Source: a virus (lineage: Duplodnaviria; Caudoviricetes). Taken from it: 27,363 nucleotides of DNA. The stretch is from positions 1 through 27,363 of IMG/VR virus record IMGVR_UViG_3300022670_000470. One strand, given 5' to 3'. Position numbers and translations under genes: made by a program. Below, in pieces: positions 8,799 to 17,000 of the stretch. The notes under the pieces were generated by a model, which was given only the letters and a program-made list of their open reading frames with translations, did no database searches and was not told the DNA's origin. The first letter of the stretch is position 1. Every line of letters starts with the position of its first letter.

Positions 8799-9126
8799 TA
8801 GGCGGTTTGTCTCCGTTGGTTTGCTGCGCTTGCTGTCCAGCAGCGTTTTTCAGTTCTTCAGCGGTGATCTCCCGGACGAACATCTTCTCGGGATTCTGCA
8901 TATCCAGGCCCAACTTCATCCCTTTGGGAATCCCTAACTCATCTCTGAGAGTCTGGACACAATCCATCAATTCGCGGCCGTGATGCCTCTTGAGCGTGTT
9001 GACCACGTCTTGGATCTCTTTGTTCTGCTGGCCCACGATCCCCACGACCATCTGGCGTTGAGAGGCCCCCAGGTCCCACCTAGTTTGCTTTTTTCTTGGC
9101 TGTTCTCTTTTGCTTTTTGTTCCCAT
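8788..9126 (-). CDS. Hypothetical helical protein downstream of the fibres
   Basis: 112 aa, AAGGA RBS, overlaps both neighbours, in operon orientation. Confidence 0.65.
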   Translation of the reverse strand: MGTKSKREQPRKKQTRWDLGASQRQMVVGIVGQQNKEIQDVVNTLKRHHGRELMDCVQTLRDELGIPKGMKLGLDMQNPEKMFVREITAEELKNAAGQQAQQTNGDKPPSAD

Positions 9127-9343
9127 CTTTCCTTACTCCTTTTGTAAGTGTTTTTAGGGCAGCTTGTTTCTGCTCCGGAGTGGCTTCGGCCCACTTCTGC
9201 TCGGCAAGAACCGTTGAGTAGTGGGCTATCCTTCCGGACAGCAAGGCCCAGAGACAGTCTTTCACTGTCATGTTTTTGTGGGAGGCCATTTCTTCGGCAA
9301 TCGCCTGTTGTTCATCGTCTAAAGTGAAGGTGATTTTTGACAT
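9080..9343 (-). CDS. Small protein with ribbon-helix-helix-like N-terminus and basic tail
   Basis: 87 aa; MSKITFTLDDEQQAIAEEMASHKNMTVKDCLWALL strand-helix-helix pattern; TAATG overlap. Confidence 0.6.
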   Translation of the reverse strand: MSKITFTLDDEQQAIAEEMASHKNMTVKDCLWALLSGRIAHYSTVLAEQKWAEATPEQKQAALKTLTKGVRKDGNKKQKRTAKKKAN

Positions 9344-9552
9344 TATTTCCCCCAGGCTGGATTGAGTGACCAGCGTCTTTGCCAGCCATCGGTACGGCTG
9401 GCCTCATCCTTACAGTTGTGACACACACGATGGATGCGAGAGATCCGCTCATCAAAGGTGGGGAGCTGCTCCTCATCCACTTCGTCGCGCCGATCCACAA
9501 TCGCTCTAAAGTCCATGAATAGACGGTCCAGTTGTTTAATCGCGGTTTTCAT
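9343..9552 (-). CDS. Hypothetical 69-aa protein (CxxC motif)
   Basis: ATGA overlap with the fibre gene and TAATG overlap with the next gene; HRVCHNCK. Confidence 0.55.
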   Translation of the reverse strand: MKTAIKQLDRLFMDFRAIVDRRDEVDEEQLPTFDERISRIHRVCHNCKDEASRTDGWQRRWSLNPAWGK

Positions 9553-12500
9553 GATGTTGGTGCACTCAAATCTAAGTAGTGAATGACGATCCTCAGCTCA
9601 CCAGCCGAGAAGTCAACTCCATCTGAGGTGATAACCACGTCGTTTGCGGTCGGGAAGGTTGTTACGGTGTCATCTGTCGCATCCGTGATATCAACTGTTG
9701 TGCCAAGCGAACCTGAGATTGAATTACCCCAACGATCCACATCAACCCCGTCACCTATGTCGAATCCGGTGGGTCCGGTGATCGCCCCGATCACGCGAGC
9801 TGTGATTCCAAACACAAAACTTCCAGCAGGGATCGCACCGGCAATAGTGACCGAAGGTGCGGCCACATTTAGTTGAACGACAAAAGAATTTCTTTTGACC
9901 TCTGAGAAATCACCAACAGTCGATTTCAGCCGAAATCGAACATTCTGTGCCAGCGACATGGCAGCGTCAGTCACGGAAACGGTTGAACCGACCCCGAAGA
10001 ACATTTCTTCCGGTGAAGAAAGCGTTCCAAGGAAGAACGTCGAGCAGCCCCGGAAAAGAATGTCTATGTTCCCACCGCCTGTGCCGATATCTATAAGGTC
10101 GCCCCCAAAATTCACATCTCCTGAAACGATGCGCAAAGCCCAATTAGCGTTCCCTTCCGTAGGAGCACCAAGGATGAGAAGCGTCGAAGCGTTGGTGATC
10201 GTGTCGCCAGTTCCTACCGTGATATTGGGCTCGTCAATAATGACCGAGGCCACATTTGCGATACCTTCGGTTGCTCCCTGCGTAACGAGAAGCGGTTCGA
10301 TATTGAGAGCGGCAATTAAAAGGGTGTCTCCCGCAACTGCGGTTTGGGTTGTTTGGATTTGCAGCGAGGCGGTTTTGTTGGACGACCCACTCGAAGTAAA
10401 AGTACCAAGCAGAGCTACCTGAGCAAAGTCTTGGAGGATTCCTGACCCAATGGTGAAGGTTTTTCCTGCACTCAAGAACACATCATCTCTAAGGTCTAAG
10501 GTCCCGTTGAATCTGACTCCACCACCTGAAACCAAAAGTGCATGATTAGCAGTTCCCTCAGTAGGCGCAGAGTTAATGATCAGCGTGGCCGCTATCCCAA
10601 CTGCGTCACCACCACCCACGGTAAGTACAGGCTCATCCAACATCAGGGTTGCGACAGTAGGTGTAGCGCCCCCGCCAGGCGTGGTGAGAGAACCCCTCAT
10701 ACGAACTTGAGCTAACGCGCCATCGCCAATGTCGCTGGTGACGGTTGAGGAAAACAGCGTTCCGGAGGCTTGGTTGAACGCACCGCCCGACGTGAAACTT
10801 CCCGCGAATGTACTTTGAGAGTAATCAACGGTGATCCCTGAAGAATAACCGTGCGGCCCATCTCCTCCAACAAGGATGTTTCCCCCGAATGAGACATCCC
10901 CTGAAATAACTCGAATAGCAAAATTACTGAGACCTTCTGTGGGGGCATTGACGATCAAAAGGGTCTGCGCGTTGGTGATATCACCCGTCAAATTATCGCT
11001 GATGAACGGCTCATTTATCTCGACCTGGGAAATATTGGCAATGTTCTCGGTCTCCGTTTGTGTGGTGATGGCCGAGATAAAGGTCACTCCAGTTAAAGAC
11101 GTAGTATCTCCTGACGCTCCTACCAGGGTTTGGGTAATAAACACTCCAGAGGCAAGTGTGGCAGCGCCATCAGAGGTGAATGTTTCGGAAATGATCAGGC
11201 CGATAATCCCGGACGGTGTACCACCAATCGCATGCGGTCCTGCCCCTGAGACAGTTAAATTGCCGCCTAAGAACACATCGCCCGACACCACGTTGATCGC
11301 AAAGTTGGTAACCCCTTCAGTTGGAGGATTAGCGATCCGCAACGCAGACGCCACGGTGATGAGTCCACCACCTGTCAGGTTGTCTTGGATATCGCCCTCA
11401 ATGTTCAGGAAGGCGATGTTTGCAATCGACTCGGCGGCGGTCTGCGTTCTAACACTCCCATCTAGCATGAAATCAGCTAGGAGAGAGGTACTGCCAGCAA
11501 CCGCCGTCTTGGTGATGTGAAAGCGCGATCCAAAGGACTCTCCACCACTACCGCCAACCACAATCCCACCGACGTTGAGGTACATGCTGTCCTGATTGAT
11601 GACATCCCCAAAAGTCAACCGACCACCACTTCGCAGTTTTATACCGGCTGTTGAACTTACGATGAGAGCAATTTCACCACTAACTCCGCCAATACCTGTG
11701 GTTGTACTAGCGCGGTTGGGGATCAGCGTTGGCACGGTTGCCGTAGAGGTCACATTCAACAGCGCAAAGGAGCTACCGTTTGCCCCTTGGACGGTCCCCC
11801 CAAATTGGCTCAAACCACTTGCCACGCGAATGGCAAAATTATTGACCCCTTCCGTGGGCGCGTCGGCGACCAAGAGGGTCGATGCGTTGGTAATGGTTCC
11901 AGTAAGATTATCGACAATCGAAGGTTCCAAAACTCGCAGAGAAGCAATGTCAGTGATGTTTTCCACCGCTGTCTGGGTAGTAATTCCAACGACAACATTC
12001 ACACCAAATAAACCGACAAAGTCCCCTGGAGCACCAGTCAATCTATCTTCGATCTCAACCAAAGCAGCAAAGACATTTGATCCGTCAGAAGTAAAGTTTC
12101 CACGGAAGAACATTCTGTGGATACCGTCTGGAATGCCGCCAAAGACGTGCGGTCCTACACCTGAGACAGTTAGATTACCGCCTAAGAGCACATTCCCACT
12201 CGCCACGCGCAAAGCGAAATTATTGACCCCTTCCGTGGGCGCGCCGAGGATCGCCAGGGTCGAAGCGTTGGTGACCGTGTCTCCCGCCCCTATTGTGATA
12301 TCCGGTTCGTTGAGAATGAGTTGGGCAACGTCCGCGATGGTATTGGAGGCTCCCTGCGTGGTGATCGAAACATCCGCAAGCAGACCGGCAAGAGATAGCG
12401 TGTCTGCGTTGAATCCGGTGACGCTCCCCCCAAGGAACAGCATTTCTGCATGGTTGGATATGCCAGTCGAAACAAAAGCGGCAATAAAGGCCATGCGCGC

Positions 12501-14060
12501 ATGGGTTTGAGGCACTCCCGATCCAAGGGTGAAATTGTCGGAAGCACCCGGTTGGGTGATGTTACCGAAGAAATCCGATGTACCGTCTGTACGCATACCG
12601 GCCGAGTTGAAGATCCCGTAATTGTTTGAAGTTCCCTCAGTTGGCTGTCCTGAAATGAAAAGCGTGGCCCCGATCGCCATGGCATCACCACCAGTCAAGG
12701 TGATGTTCGGCTCATCAAGTACAAGTGTTGCCGCAAGAAGTGATGTTCCCGTTCCAGGTGTGGTTAAAGAGCCTCCACCCGACCCCCCCATCTTGACGTA
12801 GCTCAGGCCGGTATCCCCATCCGCGCTGGTAATGTCTGAAGCGAACAAGGCCCCGGCTGCGAAATTACTCCCACCATCTGAAGTGAAAGCGCCTTGGAAA
12901 CGGGTCTGGACGAAGTCTTCACCAGTTCCCGCGACCTGAATGATTGCCGTTCCTCCCGCGATTATGGTGATGATATCTCCACCAGCGTCGTGGCCTATCC
13001 CGGTGTTAACATCACCTTGAAAGGTATAGACCGGGCCGGTCAAAGTAGCGATAGGATGGCTCAATAACCATGACGAGCTGGTAGTAGAACGCATCGAAGC
13101 GCCGCTGAAGCGAACCGTTGAGCCCCCGGCGATTGCGACCTGGATCTGATTGGCGTCTTGCTCGTAAAACCCGCTATCCCCATCCCCGAAAGCAAGAGTC
13201 GGTGTGGTCGCATCGTTGCTTGAAGGGAGTATCAGCTGTGCGGTAGTGGGTAGGATTGTGAGGTTTCCTGACTCCGCGACCGTTAGGACCGTGACGAAGC
13301 CACCTGCGTCGATTCGGGTCTGAAGGGTCCAGAGCGAACCTGTCCCATCGTTGGCGGTCACATCGACGAAGAACTTCCAATCAATGCTGTGTGGAGTTGC
13401 AGCCGCAAAGCTCTGTCCTCTTAGAAGGATAGCTTCCGAATCTAACTGACCATCACCACTTAGAGGATCGGCTTCAACTATGATAGCGGCGGTAGAACCG
13501 CCCCCATCGTTGGTAAGAATACGAATACCGTAAGTGTTGTCTCCCGCTAACCCGATCCGTTCAATTAGAAGGTTTTGCTCATTGGTTACGCTCCCGCCGC
13601 CGGTAATAGAAGTAAACGTTTCGCTAAGAACCAGAGTTGATACGTCATCTACAACTCCGCTGGTCACGACTTGAATTTCCGTAAAGATTGCCATGGCTTC
13701 AAGTCTGGCATCCGAGACATTGCCTACGATCACTGAGTCGAAGGCCAGCGAAGACGGGGTTTGTCCGCCGCCAGCAGAAGTGAACTCTCCGGAAATGCCC
13801 ACCTGTACGTTGCCAACACCGCCACCGCTGAGGGCGTGTGGACCAACGCCTTGTACGTCTAATCTCGCATCTGTTCCAAGACGGATGGCTGGCGCGACCG
13901 TATCGACGATAAACACATCCCCGCCATCACCATTCTTGCGAACCAGCAGGGCCTCAGAATCGTCCACGTCGATGATCGTTTGACCATCGAAGGTCTGCCC
14001 TCCGTCGAAGAAGCTCATGCCTAAGACGATCAGATCTGTTGAAACGACAAAATCAGTCAT
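9549..14060 (-). CDS. Large repeat-rich tail fibre/spike protein 2 (1503 aa)
   Basis: Gly/Thr/Ser/Ala-rich beta composition; seven 'EP.I...NASTLLI..APTEG.NNFA' repeats; C-terminal AIPAGSFVFGITARV...FSAGELRIVIHY domain resembles, from recall, the C-terminus of DUF2793-type spike proteins. Confidence 0.85.
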   Translation of the reverse strand: MTDFVVSTDLIVLGMSFFDGGQTFDGQTIIDVDDSEALLVRKNGDGGDVFIVDTVAPAIRLGTDARLDVQGVGPHALSGGGVGNVQVGISGEFTSAGGGQTPSSLAFDSVIVGNVSDARLEAMAIFTEIQVVTSGVVDDVSTLVLSETFTSITGGGSVTNEQNLLIERIGLAGDNTYGIRILTNDGGGSTAAIIVEADPLSGDGQLDSEAILLRGQSFAAATPHSIDWKFFVDVTANDGTGSLWTLQTRIDAGGFVTVLTVAESGNLTILPTTAQLILPSSNDATTPTLAFGDGDSGFYEQDANQIQVAIAGGSTVRFSGASMRSTTSSSWLLSHPIATLTGPVYTFQGDVNTGIGHDAGGDIITIIAGGTAIIQVAGTGEDFVQTRFQGAFTSDGGSNFAAGALFASDITSADGDTGLSYVKMGGSGGGSLTTPGTGTSLLAATLVLDEPNITLTGGDAMAIGATLFISGQPTEGTSNNYGIFNSAGMRTDGTSDFFGNITQPGASDNFTLGSGVPQTHARMAFIAAFVSTGISNHAEMLFLGGSVTGFNADTLSLAGLLADVSITTQGASNTIADVAQLILNEPDITIGAGDTVTNASTLAILGAPTEGVNNFALRVASGNVLLGGNLTVSGVGPHVFGGIPDGIHRMFFRGNFTSDGSNVFAALVEIEDRLTGAPGDFVGLFGVNVVVGITTQTAVENITDIASLRVLEPSIVDNLTGTITNASTLLVADAPTEGVNNFAIRVASGLSQFGGTVQGANGSSFALLNVTSTATVPTLIPNRASTTTGIGGVSGEIALIVSSTAGIKLRSGGRLTFGDVINQDSMYLNVGGIVVGGSGGESFGSRFHITKTAVAGSTSLLADFMLDGSVRTQTAAESIANIAFLNIEGDIQDNLTGGGLITVASALRIANPPTEGVTNFAINVVSGDVFLGGNLTVSGAGPHAIGGTPSGIIGLIISETFTSDGAATLASGVFITQTLVGASGDTTSLTGVTFISAITTQTETENIANISQVEINEPFISDNLTGDITNAQTLLIVNAPTEGLSNFAIRVISGDVSFGGNILVGGDGPHGYSSGITVDYSQSTFAGSFTSGGAFNQASGTLFSSTVTSDIGDGALAQVRMRGSLTTPGGGATPTVATLMLDEPVLTVGGGDAVGIAATLIINSAPTEGTANHALLVSGGGVRFNGTLDLRDDVFLSAGKTFTIGSGILQDFAQVALLGTFTSSGSSNKTASLQIQTTQTAVAGDTLLIAALNIEPLLVTQGATEGIANVASVIIDEPNITVGTGDTITNASTLLILGAPTEGNANWALRIVSGDVNFGGDLIDIGTGGGNIDILFRGCSTFFLGTLSSPEEMFFGVGSTVSVTDAAMSLAQNVRFRLKSTVGDFSEVKRNSFVVQLNVAAPSVTIAGAIPAGSFVFGITARVIGAITGPTGFDIGDGVDVDRWGNSISGSLGTTVDITDATDDTVTTFPTANDVVITSDGVDFSAGELRIVIHYLDLSAPTS

Positions 14061-14061
14061 A

Positions 14062-17000
14062 TCAAGAACTCGGTGCTTGCAAACTCATGTAGTGAATGGT
14101 GATCCTGATCTCACCGCCTGTGAAATCGACCCCATCTGAGGTGATCACCACATCGTTTGAGGCCGGGAAAAGGTTCAAGGCCGAAGAGGTATAATCGGTA
14201 ATGTCAGAAGTGGTATTCAAGGTAGCTGCGATTGAAGCCCCCCATCGGTCCACATCAATGCCATCCCCTACGTCAAATCCAGTCGGTCCTGTGACCGCTG
14301 TGATCACCCGAGTTGTGATTCCAACCACGAAGCTCCCCGAAGGAATGGCCCCGGCAGCTGTGACGGATGATCCAGCCGAAGTCAATACGGTCGTAAAAGC
14401 CTGCCGAACCTCCATGAACTGACCGTTGGGCGCTGAGTTCCGAAACTTCCATGAATTACCGTCGGTCGAAACTACGGAACTAGCGACAGTCACGTTTCCT
14501 GACCCTGCGTCGATCCCAATGAACAGTTCATCTGGGGTATCAAGATTGCCGACGTAGTAGGTTCCGCAACCCCTAAAAAGGATTCTGCTGTTGCCGCCAC
14601 CCGCGCCAAACGCGATGAGATCTCCCCCGATCTCCACATCTCCTGAAATGATGCGGAAGGCCCAATTATCGACACCTTCCGTGGGTGCGCCAGTGATCAG
14701 GAGCGTTTGGGCATTGGTGACAGTCGATGAACCTTGGAGGGTGATGGCCGGCTCGTCGATTTGAACTTGTGAAATATTCGCAACAGCTTCAGCGACATTT
14801 TGGGTTGTGACGGAACCAGTAAAAGTGGCTACGTTGATCCGGGCCGTGTCGCCAGAGAAACCCTGAATGTTTCCTTCGACCAAGAGGATGTGGGCTTCGT
14901 CGCTGGCCCCCCCGGAAATGACTTGGCTTGGGGCAATTCGCAAGAAAACGTAATCAAAAGCTGTGCTGGTTCCGAAGGTGTTTCTACCCGACGCAGTTTC
15001 TTGTAGAAAGGATGCTCCAATAACTCGCACTAGATTGCCTGGAGGGAAGCCCGACGCAGAGGTATCAACCTTGAAAATATCCTGACCAGGACCGCCCCCA
15101 CCAGCTTTTTGGATGAATAAAGCTTCGGCGTCGTTCACGGCAATTTTCACCTTGCCCCCGAGGAAGGTAGCTCCAGACGTCACGCGAAGAGCGAAGTTGT
15201 TAGCGCCCTCAGTAGGGGCTCCTTGAATCAGAACAGTGCTGGCGTTGGTGATGACTCCCCCGCCTGTCAGGTTGTCAGAGATGTCCGGCTCGAGGACGAT
15301 AAGCTGCGCGACGTCTGCGATGGATTCCGATGCCGACTGGGTGACGATTATAGACGCGAGATCCGTTCCAGCGAGCCTTAACGTATCGCCAGGAGCCCCG
15401 CCCAGGTTTGCAGCGACTCGTAGGTTAGCCGCTTGGATACCGGCCCCACCAGAAGTAAAACTGCCGACCATAGCGAACTGGAAAAGGTTCTGCGGAACTC
15501 CACCCATCACATGCGGCCCTGCAAGGGCGAATCTTACGCTGCCATCCTCGACGTTGAGAGCGTAGTTGCGGGTGGCCTCGGTAGGAGCTCCGGTGATAAG
15601 CACGGTGGAGGCTTGTGTGATGGTCCCTGTCAGATTGTTCGTGATGGTAGGTTCATCAATCTGGACCTGGGAGATGTTTGAAATACTCTCCGTGACACCC
15701 TGAGTGACCACGTTTGCAGTAAAGAGAGCCCCCGTTAGATGGTTCGTATCTCCGCTAACCCCGTTAAGCTGTGCATCTATGTGCAAAAGGGAGGCAAAGT
15801 CCGCAACTGCTGGCGCGGGCTGGTATACAGAACTGAAGCGAACTTGAGCATTTTGGACAAGGTTAGTTGATCCGAGTCCAGCAACCAGCAACTTCACGCC
15901 AAGGCTTTGAGCTTGACCAATTCTGAGAACGGCATCTGGGGGACTAGAACTGCTTTGGTCCAGAAGCACAACGTAGTTCTCGGTTCCCACTCCCGTTGCC
16001 GGTGCGTTAGCGACCTTCAAAGTGAACGTCCGTGTAATCGTATCCGTTCCTTTAACTATGGAGGCAGGTCCAAGGAGCATCGTTCCCACGTCGCTGATGC
16101 TCTCACTATTATTTTGGGTGATAATTTGCGCCCCGTTCCCGGGTGGACTGACCGCAAAGAGGCACTGTCTGGCGGTACGGGTAGCATCACCCGTCTGGAA
16201 ACCATCTACCAGCACCTTATAGGTTGAGTCGGGTCCCCCCCCATAGTCGTCAATGAAAGATCCGGTGATGTGCACCTGGACGTTGTCGACAAAGGTGGGA
16301 GAACCGATGGAGAATTGTTCCGGTTGGGAAAAAGCGACACGGCCATCGTCGGCCATTCGCATAAGTTCTGTTGGAATTGCACCGTCGATTGCGGCGTTCA
16401 TGCGGAACAACGATTGCCCATCAAAACCTGTCGTGCTCAGGGGAGAAACGAACATTCTCCAGTTGGCATCGTGGTTTGCGCCTCCGGATTCTCTGGACTT
16501 ACCAACAAACAACAGGGTATGAGAGAAGCCCACGGTAGAGTTCACCGTGAGGTTCGGAGCGTCGATGATGAGCCGGTCCACAGATGAGGATGGCAAAAGG
16601 ACTACACCCTCTCCAATCGTCACGGCTTCACTGATCGTATCGACCTTGAATACGATTGGACTCAAGTTCGCCCCTGTAACCCGGAAAGCAGCCGCGCTGT
16701 CAAGGGTGGCGGTGAGCCCGGCGAAGCATCTCAATTCTTCGGCAACGCGAATAAAAGGACCAGTGGTGCTTTCACCAAGGATCAGTTCGTCCGATGCGCC
16801 AATAGAGAACCAGACGTTGTCCCCGCTGTTGGCAGAGTTTCTCCAGACAATATCGTCCGCATTTGAAAGTCGGAGACCACCCGTTTGCGCTGGCGCAGAT
16901 CCTATTGCAAGAGATTGCTGCGCCTTGACAATGCCGTTGGTGGTATCAATCACCAGCGCACTACCGACGCTAAAGGCAGAGGTGTTGCTTCCCACCGTAT

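Noticed and set aside
9549-14700. Diversity-generating retroelement TR/VR pair in the similar fibre C-termini
   Set aside because: Both copies are coding, differences are not adenine-specific, and no reverse transcriptase is in the window.
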